From: an uncultured Clostridium sp.
GTDB lineage: Bacteria > Bacillota > Clostridia > TANB77 > CAG-508
Assembly: GCA_948436025.1 (NCBI GenBank)
Contig: CAOJHH010000003.1
Location: forward strand, 1-61,944
Direction of reading: 5' to 3'
DNA length: 61,944 bases
The translations under genes were made by a program, and so were the position numbers. Numbering within the stretch: the stretch's first letter is position 1; every line of letters begins with the position of its first letter. The notes below the pieces were generated by a model. The model saw only the letters and a program-made list of their open reading frames with translations, was not told the origin of the DNA and searched no databases. This document shows positions 30,621 through 41,534 of this stretch, piece by piece.

Positions 30621-30649
30621 TTGTAGTTTTTGAAAGTTATCGATATAAT
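30621..30649 (+). promoter_or_regulatory. promoter of pta-ackA
   Basis: TTGTAG, 17-nt spacer, TATAAT. Confidence 0.55.
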
Positions 30650-30678
30650 AGTTCCATAAGAAAGAGAGGGAAGATGCT

Positions 30679-31677
30679 ATGTCGTTTATTGAAGAAATGA
30701 AGAAAAAGGCAAGTATGTTAAAAAAAACAATTGCCTTACCTGAGGCAACAGATGTACGTGTGATTGAGGCGGCTGTTACGATTGAAAAAGAGGGATTTGC
30801 TCATGTTGTTTTAGTGGGCAATGAAGAGGATATTAGAAAAGTTGCAAACGAAAATGGATTTGATGTAAGTTTGATGGAAATAGTAAATCCGCTTACTTCT
30901 TCAAAGTATGAAGAATATGTAAATGCGTTTTATGAGCTTCGTAAATTAAAAGGAATGGATATTTATAAGGCAAAAGAGATGTTAAAAGATCCTGTATATT
31001 TTGGCATGATGATGGTAAAACAAGGGGATTGTGATGGACTTGTTTCAGGAGCAATCCATTCAACAGCAGATACTTTAAGACCAGCCCTTCAAATTTTAAA
31101 AACGGCACCAGATACAAAATTGGTTTCAGCATTTTTTCTAATGGTAGTGCCAGATTGTGAATATGGCGAAAATGGTACCTTTGTATTTTCAGATTGTGGG
31201 CTAAACCCAAACCCAAATGCAGAAGAATTATCGGAAATTGCGATATCCTCTTCTAAAAGTTTTGAAAGTTTAACTGGAAAAACAGCAAATGTTGCTATGT
31301 TATCTTTTTCTACTTATGGAAGTGCAAAATCAGATTCTACTGAAAAAGTAATACAAGCAACCAATTTAGTAAAAGAAAAAATGCCCAATATCATCGTTGA
31401 TGGCGAATTACAATTAGATGCTGCTATTATTCCAGAAGTAGCCAATAGCAAAGCTCCCGGAAGTCCAGTAAAAGGAAAAGCCAATACCCTTATTTTCCCA
31501 AACCTAGACGCTGGAAATATTGGCTATAAACTAACCCAACGACTAGCAAAAGCAGAAGCCTATGGCCCACTTTGCCAAGGAATTGCCAAACCAGTAAATG
31601 ACCTATCAAGAGGATGCAGTAGCAAAGATATTGTAGGTGTTGTAGCTATTACCGCCGTACAGGCAGGAGAAATGTAG
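30679..31677 (+). CDS. pta: phosphate acetyltransferase
   Basis: 332-aa PTA_PTB family protein (..VSGAIHSTADTLRPALQI..), adjacent to ackA. Confidence 0.92.
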   Translation: MSFIEEMKKKASMLKKTIALPEATDVRVIEAAVTIEKEGFAHVVLVGNEEDIRKVANENGFDVSLMEIVNPLTSSKYEEYVNAFYELRKLKGMDIYKAKEMLKDPVYFGMMMVKQGDCDGLVSGAIHSTADTLRPALQILKTAPDTKLVSAFFLMVVPDCEYGENGTFVFSDCGLNPNPNAEELSEIAISSSKSFESLTGKTANVAMLSFSTYGSAKSDSTEKVIQATNLVKEKMPNIIVDGELQLDAAIIPEVANSKAPGSPVKGKANTLIFPNLDAGNIGYKLTQRLAKAEAYGPLCQGIAKPVNDLSRGCSSKDIVGVVAITAVQAGEM

Positions 31678-31763
31678 TAACAATTTTAACAAATACAATT
31701 ATATTCTAGATTTTTAAAATTGTTTATGATATAATAACAAAAATTTAAGTAGGAGGTTTGAAA

Positions 31764-32951
31764 ATGAAAATTTTAGTACTGAATTGTGGAAGTTCTTCTC
31801 TAAAATATCAACTAATTGATATGAAAACCGAGGAAGTGCTTGCATCTGGAAAATATGAAAGAATAGGAGAAGACGAAGCATTTATCACTCATAAAGTAAA
31901 TGGGCAAAAAATTGAAATTACACATCCAGCAAAAAATCATGAAGAAGCAATCGATTTTACTTTAAAACAATTAATTCACCCAGAATATAAAGTAGTCGAT
32001 AGTTTAGATGAGATTGAAGCAATTGGTCATCGTTTAGCACATGGAGGAATGAAAATAACCCAATCCGTTGTAATTGATGATGATGTAATTGCCGTATTAA
32101 AAGAATGTACCGATTTAGCTCCATTACATAACCCTGCAGGAATTATTGGTGTAGAAGCTTGTAAAAGAGTAATGCCAGGAAAACCAATGGTAGGAGTATT
32201 TGACACCGCATTTCATCAAACCATTCCAGAAGAAAGATATTTATACCCAATCCCATACGAATATTATGAAAAATATGGAGTAAGAAAATATGGTTTTCAT
32301 GGAACCTCTCATATGTATGTTTCAAAAAGACTTGCTGAAATAGAAAATACACCAATTGAAAACCTAAAAATTATTACATGTCATTTAGGACAAGGTTCTA
32401 GTGTATGTGCTGTTGAAGCAGGAAGAAGTGTAGATACCAGTATGGGACTTACACCACTTGCAGGAGTTCCTATGGTAACAAGAAGTGGAGATATTGACCC
32501 ATCTGTTGTCACATTCCTTATGAAAAAAGAAAATAAAACCGCAGATGAAATTGAAACGATTTTAAATAAAAAATCCGGAGTACAAGGAATTTCTGGTTTA
32601 GCACCAGATTTTAGAGTAATCGAAAATGAATCAGTTGCAGGAAACAAACGAGCATTGGTAGCTATGAATAATTTTAAATACGCTGTTGCGGGATTTATTG
32701 CAAAATATGCAGCTGCGATGAATGGGGTAGATGCTATCATCTTCACTGGAGGTGTTGGTGAAAATCAAATTAACATTCGTAAAGGAATTTGTGAAAGATT
32801 AGGATTTATGGGTGTGGAATTAGATGAAGAAAGAAATAATGTAAGAAGTGAAGAAACATTAATTTCAAAAGATTCTTCTAAGGTACGTGTTTATGTCATT
32901 CCAACAAACGAAGAATTAATGATTGCAAAAGAAACCGAAAGATTGGTGTAA
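31764..32951 (+). CDS. ackA: acetate kinase
   Basis: MKILVLNCGSSSLKY; ATG at 31764 after AGGAGG. Confidence 0.94.
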   Translation: MKILVLNCGSSSLKYQLIDMKTEEVLASGKYERIGEDEAFITHKVNGQKIEITHPAKNHEEAIDFTLKQLIHPEYKVVDSLDEIEAIGHRLAHGGMKITQSVVIDDDVIAVLKECTDLAPLHNPAGIIGVEACKRVMPGKPMVGVFDTAFHQTIPEERYLYPIPYEYYEKYGVRKYGFHGTSHMYVSKRLAEIENTPIENLKIITCHLGQGSSVCAVEAGRSVDTSMGLTPLAGVPMVTRSGDIDPSVVTFLMKKENKTADEIETILNKKSGVQGISGLAPDFRVIENESVAGNKRALVAMNNFKYAVAGFIAKYAAAMNGVDAIIFTGGVGENQINIRKGICERLGFMGVELDEERNNVRSEETLISKDSSKVRVYVIPTNEELMIAKETERLV

Positions 32952-32983
32952 GATGTAGGGTCAGGCCTTGTGTCTGTCCCTAC

Positions 32984-33012
32984 TTGCAAACAAATTAAAT
33001 ATGTAGTATAAT
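32984..33012 (+). promoter_or_regulatory. promoter of guaB
   Basis: TTGCAA, 17-nt spacer, TATAAT, directly after the GC hairpin at 32955-32983. Confidence 0.55.
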
Positions 33013-33048
33013 ATTAATTATGTTAATCAAAATAAGGAGGAAAGAAAC

Positions 33049-34557
33049 ATGGCAAAAATCTTAGAAGATATTTCAAGAACATTTAATGAATTTTTATTAT
33101 TACCAAATTTAACAACAGAAAATTGTATACCAAATAATGTGTCACTGAAAACACCACTTGTCAAATTTAAAAAGGGAGAAGAACCAAAGTATTCGGCAAA
33201 TGTGCCAATGGTATCTGCCATTATGCAATCCGTTTCAGGAGAAGAAATGGGAATTGCTCTTGCAAGAGAGGGAGGAGTGGCATTTATTTATGGTGCACAG
33301 TCGATTGAATCACAAGCAAACATGGTATATCATGTAAAAAAACACAAAGCAGGTTTTGTAATTAGTGATTCAAATGTAAAGAGTGGAACACCTTTACGAG
33401 AAGTAATTGAATTAGTAGAAAGAACAGGGCATTCTACGGTTATGGTAACCAAAGATGGAACAGCGAATGGAAAATTTTTAGGTATTGTAACGGATAAAGA
33501 TTATCGTGTTACAAGAGATAACCAAGATGCTCCTATTGATGAGTTTATGACAAAAGCAGAAAAAACCATTTGTGCGAAAAAAGGAATTACATTAGCTGAA
33601 GCAAACGATATGATTTGGGAAAACAAAATTAATTGTTTGCCAATTTTAACGGAAGAAGGAAATTTGAAATATTTAGTTTTTCGTAGAGATTATGAAGAAA
33701 GAAAGAATAATCCAAACTCATTATTAGATGAAAATAAGAGATATATTGTAGGAGCAGGTATTAATACAAGAGATTATGAGCAAAGAATTCCAGCTTTAGT
33801 AGAAGCAGGAGTGGACATGGTATGTATGGATTCTTCTGATGGATATTCTGTATGGCAAAAAAGAACGATTGAGTTTGTAAGAGAAAAATATGGAGATAGA
33901 GTAAAAATCGGTGCAGGAAATATAGTAGATAGTGAGGGATTTCGTTATTTAGTAGAAGCAGGTGCTGATTTCATCAAAATTGGTGTAGGAGGAGGTTCTA
34001 TTTGTATCACTCGTGAGACAAAAGGAATAGGACGTGGAAATGCCTCAGCTTTAATTGATGTAGCAGCAGCACGTGATGAATATTTTAAAGAAACAGGTAT
34101 TTATATTCCATTATGTATTGATGGAGGAATTGTACATGACCACCATATTACCATTGCATTAGCACTAGGAGCAGATTTTGTTATGATGGGAAGATATTTT
34201 GCTCGTTTTGATGAAAGCCCAACAAGAGTATTAAAAGTAGGAAATAGCTATGTAAAAGAATATTGGGGAGAAGGTTCTAACCGTGCAAGAAACTGGCAAA
34301 GATATGATTTAGGAGGAGATAAAAACAAATTATCCTTTGAAGAAGGAGTTGATTCATACATTCCATATGCAGGTTCTCTAAAAGATAACCTAGCAGTAAC
34401 CGTTTCTAAAATAAAATCTACCATGTGTAACTGTGGAGCAACCACAATTCCAGAACTACACGAAAAAGCAAGACTAACCCTTGTATCCGAAGTAAGTATC
34501 GCAGAAGGAAGTGCCCATGATGTTATGCTAAAAGAGGTAGATAAGAGTTATAAATAA
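33049..34557 (+). CDS. guaB: IMP dehydrogenase
   Basis: CBS pair region; catalytic loop [13 protein letters not shown]. Confidence 0.9.
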   Translation: MAKILEDISRTFNEFLLLPNLTTENCIPNNVSLKTPLVKFKKGEEPKYSANVPMVSAIMQSVSGEEMGIALAREGGVAFIYGAQSIESQANMVYHVKKHKAGFVISDSNVKSGTPLREVIELVERTGHSTVMVTKDGTANGKFLGIVTDKDYRVTRDNQDAPIDEFMTKAEKTICAKKGITLAEANDMIWENKINCLPILTEEGNLKYLVFRRDYEERKNNPNSLLDENKRYIVGAGINTRDYEQRIPALVEAGVDMVCMDSSDGYSVWQKRTIEFVREKYGDRVKIGAGNIVDSEGFRYLVEAGADFIKIGVGGGSICITRETKGIGRGNASALIDVAAARDEYFKETGIYIPLCIDGGIVHDHHITIALALGADFVMMGRYFARFDESPTRVLKVGNSYVKEYWGEGSNRARNWQRYDLGGDKNKLSFEEGVDSYIPYAGSLKDNLAVTVSKIKSTMCNCGATTIPELHEKARLTLVSEVSIAEGSAHDVMLKEVDKSYK

Positions 34558-34576
34558 AAAATCTTTGCAACTTATC

Positions 34577-34616
34577 GAAAAGAACACCCGTGCTATTAGG
34601 CACGGGTGTTCTTTTT
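34577..34616. terminator. bidirectional terminator between guaB and guaA
   Basis: AAAAGAACACCCGTGC-tatta-GCACGGGTGTTCTTTT. Confidence 0.8.
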
Positions 34617-36153
34617 ATTCCCATTCAATGGTTGCAGGAGGTTTTCCTGTAATATCATATACAATACGATTAACATGATTTACTTCATTTACAATTCGAC
34701 TAGATACTTTTTCTAAAATTTCATATGGAATTTTGCTCCATACAGCTGTCATGAAATCGGAAGTGCTAACAGCACGAAGGGCAATGGTGTAATCATAGGG
34801 TCTATCATCTCCCATAACACCAACACTACGAAGATTGGTTAAAACGGCAAAATATTGGTTAATTTCTTTATCAAGACCAGCTAGTTTAATTTCTTCTCTA
34901 AAAATAGCATCTGCATCTTTTAAAATCGTTAATTTATCGTCCGTAATATCTCCAATAACACGAATGGCAAGTCCAGGTCCTGGGAAAGGTTGACGATATA
35001 CTAAATTTTCTGGAATGTTTAATTCCAAACCAGTTTTACGAACTTCGTCTTTAAATAAATCTCGTAAAGGTTCTACAATTTCTTTAAAATCCACATAGTC
35101 GGGAAGTCCACCCACATTGTGATGACTCTTAATGGTAGTGCCTTTTCCTAAACCACTCTCAATGACATCTGGATAAATGGTTCCTTGTACTAAATAATCA
35201 ACGGTTCCAATTTTTTTGGCTTCTTCTTCAAAAACACGAATAAATTCCTCACCAATGATTTTTCTTTTTGTTTCTGGGTCAGTAACACCAGAAAGTTTTG
35301 CTAAAAAACGGTCTTTTGCATTAACACGAATTAAGTTAATATCGAATTGATTTCGGAAAATTTCTTCTACTTCATCGCCTTCGTTTTTACGAAGAAGACC
35401 ATGGTCAACAAAAATACAAGTTAAATTTTTTCCAATGGCTTTGTGTACTAAAACAGCAGCAACCGAAGAATCTACTCCACCAGATAAAGCACAAAGTGCC
35501 TTTTTATCACCAATCTTTTCTTTTAAAGAAGCAATCGTTTCTTCTACAAAAGAAGACATTTTCCAATCTCCATGGCAACCACATATGTTAAATAAGAAAT
35601 TCTTAAGGATATGAATTCCATTTACAGTATTGTTTACTTCTGCATGAAATTGAATACCATAGAATTTTTTGTCGGCATTTTCCATAGCAGCAACAGGGCA
35701 AGTAGCTGTTTTTCCAATTACCTTAAAGCCTTCTGGTACTTTGGATACAAAATCAGTATGGCTCATTAAACAATTATTTTTTGTATCCAAACCATTAAAT
35801 AAGCAAGAGGAATTGTCAATATCGACAGGAACAACGCCATATTCACGCTTATCGGCTCTTGTTACGGTTCCGCCTAAAACATGAGTCATTACTTGTATAC
35901 CATAGCAAATTCCTAAAATAGGAATACCTAACTCAAAAATAGCAGGGTCACATATTTTGGCGTCTTCTATATAAACACTAGAAGGTCCACCAGTGAAAAT
36001 AATTCCCTTTGGATTTTTCTTTTTAATTTCTTCTACGGAAATATCATAAGGCACAATTTCAGAATATACATTACATTCTCTAACACGTCTTGCAATTAAT
36101 TGATTATATTGACCAAAAAAGTCAAGAATTAAAATTGTTTCATTTGCTTTCAA
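34615..36153 (-). CDS. guaA: GMP synthase (glutamine-hydrolysing)
   Basis: Class I GATase N-terminus, ATP-PPase SGGVDSSV, C-terminus ..PPATIEWE; TTG start after GGAGGA. Confidence 0.95.
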   Translation of the reverse strand: MKANETILILDFFGQYNQLIARRVRECNVYSEIVPYDISVEEIKKKNPKGIIFTGGPSSVYIEDAKICDPAIFELGIPILGICYGIQVMTHVLGGTVTRADKREYGVVPVDIDNSSCLFNGLDTKNNCLMSHTDFVSKVPEGFKVIGKTATCPVAAMENADKKFYGIQFHAEVNNTVNGIHILKNFLFNICGCHGDWKMSSFVEETIASLKEKIGDKKALCALSGGVDSSVAAVLVHKAIGKNLTCIFVDHGLLRKNEGDEVEEIFRNQFDINLIRVNAKDRFLAKLSGVTDPETKRKIIGEEFIRVFEEEAKKIGTVDYLVQGTIYPDVIESGLGKGTTIKSHHNVGGLPDYVDFKEIVEPLRDLFKDEVRKTGLELNIPENLVYRQPFPGPGLAIRVIGDITDDKLTILKDADAIFREEIKLAGLDKEINQYFAVLTNLRSVGVMGDDRPYDYTIALRAVSTSDFMTAVWSKIPYEILEKVSSRIVNEVNHVNRIVYDITGKPPATIEWE

Positions 36154-36381
36154 TATTTTATCCTCCTATTTACAAATTTACCTCTATTTTAACACGATTT
36201 CCTAAAAAAGTATACTGTTTCTTGTATTTTTTTAGGAAGCTAGTGTAATTATTCAGTGATAAATATTGCTACAAATAAGTTCTAAATAGTAATTAAAAGA
36301 TAGGATAAATTAACGATAAAATATTGTAACTTAACGAAATAAATGATATACTTTGAGTAGTTTTTTAAGTAGATTGGAGAA

Positions 36382-36921
36382 ATGATAATGGAAGAAATGA
36401 TTGATGTTTTAGATGAAAATGGTGTGAAAACAGGAGAGGTGGTAACAAGAAAAGAGGTTCACAAAAATGGATTATGGCACAGAATAATTGTTGTTGCGAT
36501 TATTGATAATAATAATCAAATATTAATGCAACAGCGTTCTTATACAAAAGATACCAATCCAGGAAAATGGGATATATCCGTAGCAGGACATGTATCAGCT
36601 GGGCAAACCTCTGTAGAAGCAGCTATAAGAGAAGTAGAAGAAGAAGTGGGAATTCATATTTGTAGGGAAAACTTACAATATGTTTTTACTTGCAAACATG
36701 AAAGTAGACCAAAAGAGAATTATATTGTAAAACATATTCATGATTTTTATGTTGCAAAAGTAGATAAAATTGATATGGAACAGATTACCTTACAAGAAAG
36801 CGAAGTTGAGAGTGCAAAATTAGTAAATAGAGAAGAATTTCAATACATGGTAGAACATGAAAATATGGTAAAAAGGGATGATATTTATGAGACAATCTTA
36901 AAAGATTGGCTTAAAAATTAA
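36382..36921 (+). CDS. NUDIX hydrolase
   Basis: Nudix box GHVSAGQTSVEAAIREVEEEVGI. Confidence 0.8.
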   Translation: MIMEEMIDVLDENGVKTGEVVTRKEVHKNGLWHRIIVVAIIDNNNQILMQQRSYTKDTNPGKWDISVAGHVSAGQTSVEAAIREVEEEVGIHICRENLQYVFTCKHESRPKENYIVKHIHDFYVAKVDKIDMEQITLQESEVESAKLVNREEFQYMVEHENMVKRDDIYETILKDWLKN

Positions 36922-36990
36922 GAAAAAGAGGGAAAATACCAATAAAAGGTATTTCCTATAAAAAACGATGAAATGAAAAGGAGGAGAAAT

Positions 36991-37848
36991 ATGTCAATAT
37001 TTAATAATTGGCTATTGTATGTGGTGCTATATTTAGTTTTAGCAACCATTTTTACGCAATTTTTCAAAGTGGCAACAAAAACATTAAAAAAGGCAGGGGC
37101 ATTAACCGTCTTATTACAAATGATGGCAGGACTATCGGCATTACTTTTATGTCCATTATTTGAATTCAAATTTCCAACCGATATTCGTATTTATCTTATG
37201 CTTGCAATATCAATTCTATTTTATGCCATTACCGATCGAGTAAATACAACGGTAAGAAGTGGAATTGAAGCATCTACTTTTAGCATGTTAAAACAATTAT
37301 CTACTACCTTTATGATATTTGCAGGATTACTGTTCTTTAAAGAAGAATTTATTATAACGAAATTTATTGGTGCTATGTTAATTATTATTAGCAATGTGAT
37401 TATCTTTTATAAAAAAGGAAAATTTGAATGGAATAAGTATGTATTATTAGGAATACTAGCCAACATTTCCTTTACCATAGCCTTATTCCTAGATGTAAAC
37501 ATATCCGACAATTTCAACTTACCTTTCTATGTAGCACTAACCTTACTTGTACCATCTATTCTAATTATGCTTTTTGAAAGAATTAAACCATCAGAAATAA
37601 AAGAAGAATTCATAAATGGAAACAAAAAAGCAATCCTAATAACAGCATTATCTTGGGCAATTTCAATTATCGTACAACTTCGAGCATATCAACTAGGCAA
37701 TGTAACCGTCATTGCACCATTATGTGCCTTAACAGTTATGCTAAATGTAATTGTGGGATACTTATTCCTAAATGAAAAAGATAATTTAGTAAGAAAAATT
37801 ATTTCGGCGATTTTGATTATTATTAGTATTGTGTTAATAAAGATATGA
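36991..37848 (+). CDS. EamA/DMT-family transporter
   Basis: ATG at 36991 after AAAGGAGGAG; about 10 TM helices. Confidence 0.7.
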   Translation: MSIFNNWLLYVVLYLVLATIFTQFFKVATKTLKKAGALTVLLQMMAGLSALLLCPLFEFKFPTDIRIYLMLAISILFYAITDRVNTTVRSGIEASTFSMLKQLSTTFMIFAGLLFFKEEFIITKFIGAMLIIISNVIIFYKKGKFEWNKYVLLGILANISFTIALFLDVNISDNFNLPFYVALTLLVPSILIMLFERIKPSEIKEEFINGNKKAILITALSWAISIIVQLRAYQLGNVTVIAPLCALTVMLNVIVGYLFLNEKDNLVRKIISAILIIISIVLIKI

Positions 37849-37915
37849 AAAACTATGGTAAAAGCGTAAGATTTGTGTTATACTAGGAATATAAAGTAAA
37901 AAGAGGTGATTAGCC

Positions 37916-38266
37916 ATGAAGAAAAAGATACCAGATAAAATAAATATGGCAATTGATAAGTTTATTAAAGAAACAAATGCTATGTTTGGAAACAGAGTAA
38001 AAAAAATTATACTTTATGGTTCCTATGCACGTGGTGATTTTAATAGTAGTTCTGATATTGATATAATGATATTAACCGACCTAAATGACAATGAGATTGT
38101 AGAATATAGTGAAAAAATATGGGATTTTGCTTATGATATTGAATTAGAAAACGATATCATATTATCCATTTTAATTAAAAATATTGATAAATTTAACTAT
38201 TGGCTAGAAGCATTACCATTTTATATGAATGTGCAAAGGGAAGGAGTTGTTCTAAATGAATCCTAG
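37916..38266 (+). CDS. MNT-type nucleotidyltransferase (antitoxin of a HEPN-MNT pair)
   Basis: GSYARGD..SDIDI polymerase-beta-fold motifs; overlaps the next ORF by 11 nt. Confidence 0.8.
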   Translation: MKKKIPDKINMAIDKFIKETNAMFGNRVKKIILYGSYARGDFNSSSDIDIMILTDLNDNEIVEYSEKIWDFAYDIELENDIILSILIKNIDKFNYWLEALPFYMNVQREGVVLNES

Positions 38267-38657
38267 AGTATCAAATGAGTTAGTGCTTCATCGTTTGGAA
38301 CAAGCAAAAGAAGATTTAAGAGCTTGTAAAACATTATATAGAGAACAACTATATAAAGCCTCTAATAATAGAGCATATTATGCAATTTTTCATGCAATAA
38401 GAAGTATTTTAGCATTAGAACCAATCGATTTTAAACGACACAAAGATATTATAGCATATTTTAATAAAAACTATGTAAATACAGAAAAATTTCCTAAAAC
38501 CATGGGAAGAAGAATTGCAAGAGCAAGTCAAGTTCGTGAAGATAGTGACTATGATGATGATTTTTTTGTTAATCCAGAAAATACGCTAATTCAAATGCAA
38601 ACAGCAGAAGAATTGCTAAAATTAGTAGAAGAGTATATAAATAATATAATTAAATAA
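38256..38657 (+). CDS. HEPN-domain protein (toxin of a HEPN-MNT pair)
   Basis: 133 aa, helical; pairing and overlap with the MNT gene. Confidence 0.75.
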   Translation: MNPRVSNELVLHRLEQAKEDLRACKTLYREQLYKASNNRAYYAIFHAIRSILALEPIDFKRHKDIIAYFNKNYVNTEKFPKTMGRRIARASQVREDSDYDDDFFVNPENTLIQMQTAEELLKLVEEYINNIIK

Positions 38658-38740
38658 AAATCCCAATAGAACCATGTGGCAAAATTTACATAATTTCATA
38701 ATATATTAGTAAGAAGTCCAAAGAAAGGAGGCTATGTATT

Positions 38741-39101
38741 TTGAAATTAGAAGGTAAAAAAGTTGGTTTTGCTATGACTGGTTCTTTTTGTACATTTCAA
38801 AGCACAATTCCAAAAATAAAAGCAATTATCGATGAAGGTGCCGAGGTTATTCCAATTATGTCGTTTCATGCCTATGAATTAGATACGAAATTCGGAAAAG
38901 CACAAGATTTTATCGATGAAATCGAAGAAATTACAGGAAAAAAAATAATTCATACCATTCCAGATGCAGAACCTATTCGGTCCTAAGAAAATGACCGATA
39001 TTATGATAATTGCTCCTTGTACAGGAAATACCATTGCAAAATTAGTAAATGGTATTACCGATACCCCTGTAACAATGGCAGCAAATGCCCACCTAACGTG
39101 A
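38741..39101 (+). pseudogene. dpaB: dipicolinate synthase subunit B, 5' part only (about 119 codons), cut by the mobile element
   Basis: TTG start after AAAGGAGG. GFAMTGSFCTF..DAEPI/GPKKMTDIMIIAPCTGNTIAKLVNGITDTPVTMAA matches SpoVFB after +1 at CGG 38978. Homology ends at ..AHL near 39096; about 75 C-terminal codons are missing. Confidence 0.8.
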
Positions 39102-39667
39102 TGGCAGAAAACAGTATATCAGATGGTAATAGCTTTATAGATAGAGAAATAGAATTAGATTGTAAGCAAGTAAGTAAAATATTTAAAAAAATAAAAGACA
39201 AAGGTATCTTAAATGAAAATATTCACTATGATGATTATATAGAGCCTTCAAAAGAACTCTTATATTCAAAAGATTTTATGGATGTTATTAAATATTATAG
39301 ATTATTGAAAAGAAAAACCAAAAGTGAAATTGCTATTAAAGTTGGAATAGATGATGAAACTTATAGAGAATATGAAATTAAGAAAAATGAAATACAAGAT
39401 TGGAAAATTGCAGACAAGCTTATTAAAGCATTAGAAATAGAAAATGAAGTAGAATTACCAGATTATTTTAAAATTAAGAGAAGTTATCCGTTAGATAAAG
39501 TTAAAGAGATTATTGACAAAGAAGGTAAAAAGAACTTTTCAAAGGAAACAGGCATTAGCATTCAAACCATAAATAGTTGGAATCAAAAAAATGCTCCAAA
39601 ATCTCTATCGACATATACATATAAAAGAATGCAAGATTTTTTTAAAAATCATAAAATACCATATTAA
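39101..39667 (+). CDS. HTH-domain protein, first ORF of the element
   Basis: ATG at 39101 overlaps the TGA of the truncated dpaB (TGATG). Two HTH-like segments (KSEIAIKVGIDDETYREYE; FSKETGISIQTINSW). No RBS, so the start is uncertain; the 5' part of ORF 39017..39667 is out-of-frame dpaB. Confidence 0.45.
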   Translation: MAENSISDGNSFIDREIELDCKQVSKIFKKIKDKGILNENIHYDDYIEPSKELLYSKDFMDVIKYYRLLKRKTKSEIAIKVGIDDETYREYEIKKNEIQDWKIADKLIKALEIENEVELPDYFKIKRSYPLDKVKEIIDKEGKKNFSKETGISIQTINSWNQKNAPKSLSTYTYKRMQDFFKNHKIPY

Positions 39668-39718
39668 GAGCCTATGGCTCTTTTTTCTATGTATTAATAA
39701 TATGAGGAGGTCACATAA

Positions 39719-40285
39719 ATGGGATTATCAGTAGAAATACAAAAGAAGCCCCAATATACGAAAAATATTAAATTAAGAATACCAAGCGAAGTTTTTGATT
39801 TAGAAGAAGTACAAGAAATAAAGGATGCAGTTCAAGAGCATTTACTTTTCATTGGGTTGGATAGGAGAAATAATGTGAGAAATATTAGTTTACTTGGAGT
39901 TGGAACAAGTAGTGAAATAAATGTAGATGCTAAATATGTTGTAAGAACAGCATTAGTAAATGCTTGTGATAGAGTTATTTTAGTACATAACCATCCATCT
40001 AATAATCTTGAGCCAAGTAATCACGATATAACTATGACTAATACTATGAACAAACTTTTACATGTATTTAATATAAAACTATTAGATCATGTTATTGTTA
40101 ATGAAAACGATTATATAAGCATGTCAGAAATACATGTTATTGATGAAGATTATGAAAGTGACAGAATAAAACTATTAGATAACGCTTTATTAAGTGAAGA
40201 GAATAGCTTATTGAAGAAAAAATTAAAAAAATTAAGTAAGGTTTCAGCAAAAAATGAAAAGGAAGAAGAATACGAGATAGAGTAA
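39719..40285 (+). CDS. RadC-like JAB/MPN domain protein
   Basis: JAMM motif ILVHNHPSNNLEPSNHD; acidic tail ..EEEYEIE. Confidence 0.8.
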   Translation: MGLSVEIQKKPQYTKNIKLRIPSEVFDLEEVQEIKDAVQEHLLFIGLDRRNNVRNISLLGVGTSSEINVDAKYVVRTALVNACDRVILVHNHPSNNLEPSNHDITMTNTMNKLLHVFNIKLLDHVIVNENDYISMSEIHVIDEDYESDRIKLLDNALLSEENSLLKKKLKKLSKVSAKNEKEEEYEIE

Positions 40286-40403
40286 TTTATCTAAGCAAGA
40301 ATAAAAAAGCCACAGAATCGATTCTCGTGTGAATAAGGAAAGGGTGAGAGGACATGTTTAGATAGTAAAATAGAATATAAAACAATATATAGTAAAAAAA
40401 GAA

Positions 40404-41534
40404 ATGGAGGAATTCAAATTGAAATATAAAAGATATTTTTTAACAAGTGAAAGTGTTACAGAAGGACACCCTGACAAAGTAGCTGATTTAATATCAGATT
40501 CTATTTTAGATGAGTGCTTAAAACAAGATAAAGAATCAAGAGTTGCAGTAGAAACTCTAATTACAGGAAATAAAGTTATAGTAGCAGGAGAAATAACAAC
40601 AAATGCTACATTAGATATTGAAGGATTAGTAAGAGAAAGATTAAAAGAAGTAGGATATGATGATGCAAAAACTACAATGGATTATAGAACATGTGAAATA
40701 GAGCAATACATTAAGAAACAAAGTAATGACATAGCAATTGGAGTAAATAAAGGTGGAGCAGGAGATCAAGGAATTATGTTTGGCTTTGCCTGTGATGAAA
40801 CAGAAGAATATATGCCATATCCAATTTCTCTTGCTCATAAAATTACAAAACAATTAGCAAAAGTAAGAAAAAATGGAGAAATAGATTATCTCAAAGCTGA
40901 TGGAAAGGCTCAGGTAACAATAGAATATGTTGATGATTTTCCAATTAGGGTAGATAGTATTTTAATTTCTGCACAACATCTAGAAAATGTTGATATACAT
41001 ATGATGCAAAAAGATTTAATAGAAAAAGTAATTTTGCCAGTTCTTGATCCTGATATGCTAGATTTTGAAACCAAATTTTTTATAAATCCTACAGGAAGAT
41101 TTGTAATTGGAGGAGCAATTGGAGATACGGGATTAACTGGTAGAAAAATTATTTGCGATACTTATGGTGGAATTGCAAGACATGGAGGGGGAGCTTTTTC
41201 TGGAAAAGATTCAAGTAAAGTAGATAGAAGTGCGTGTTATATGGCAAGACATATTGCTAAAAATGTTGTAGCAAATGGAATGGCAAGAAGATGTGAAATA
41301 CAATTAAGTTATGGTATAGGGATGGAACAGCCTATATCTTTATTTATAGAATGTTTTGGAACAAACAAAATACCTGAACATCTTATTATAAAAGCAATAA
41401 AAGAAAAATTTGATTTGACACCTAATGGAATTATAGACTATTTAAAACTTAAAGAGCCAATTTATTCAAAAACAACCAATTATGGACATTTTGGAAGAGA
41501 AGGATTTAGTTGGGAAAATATTGTTCAAATATAA
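40404..41534 (+). CDS. metK: S-adenosylmethionine synthetase carried by the element
   Basis: GHPDKVAD, GAGDQGIMFGFA and GGGAFSGKD motifs intact; TTG at 40419 (7 nt after GGAGG) is an alternative start. Confidence 0.9.
   Translation: MEEFKLKYKRYFLTSESVTEGHPDKVADLISDSILDECLKQDKESRVAVETLITGNKVIVAGEITTNATLDIEGLVRERLKEVGYDDAKTTMDYRTCEIEQYIKKQSNDIAIGVNKGGAGDQGIMFGFACDETEEYMPYPISLAHKITKQLAKVRKNGEIDYLKADGKAQVTIEYVDDFPIRVDSILISAQHLENVDIHMMQKDLIEKVILPVLDPDMLDFETKFFINPTGRFVIGGAIGDTGLTGRKIICDTYGGIARHGGGAFSGKDSSKVDRSACYMARHIAKNVVANGMARRCEIQLSYGIGMEQPISLFIECFGTNKIPEHLIIKAIKEKFDLTPNGIIDYLKLKEPIYSKTTNYGHFGREGFSWENIVQI

Noticed and set aside
36154-36381. Possible purine riboswitch in the guaA leader or divergent promoter region
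   Set aside because: The hairpin CCTAAAAAA..TTTTTTAGG (36201-36236) is present, but the conserved guanine-riboswitch junction and loop sequences are not recognisable by eye.
39017-39667. ORF-track protein of 216 aa starting MYRKYHCKISKWYYRYPCNNGSKCPPNV
   Set aside because: The first 28 codons are dpaB read out of frame. The real unit is at most 39101..39667, inside the mobile element.
40286-40403. Possible SAM riboswitch upstream of the element-borne metK
   Set aside because: I could not find the conserved SAM-I or SAM-II core elements. There is only a short palindrome (GAATCGATTC) and an AT-rich spacer.
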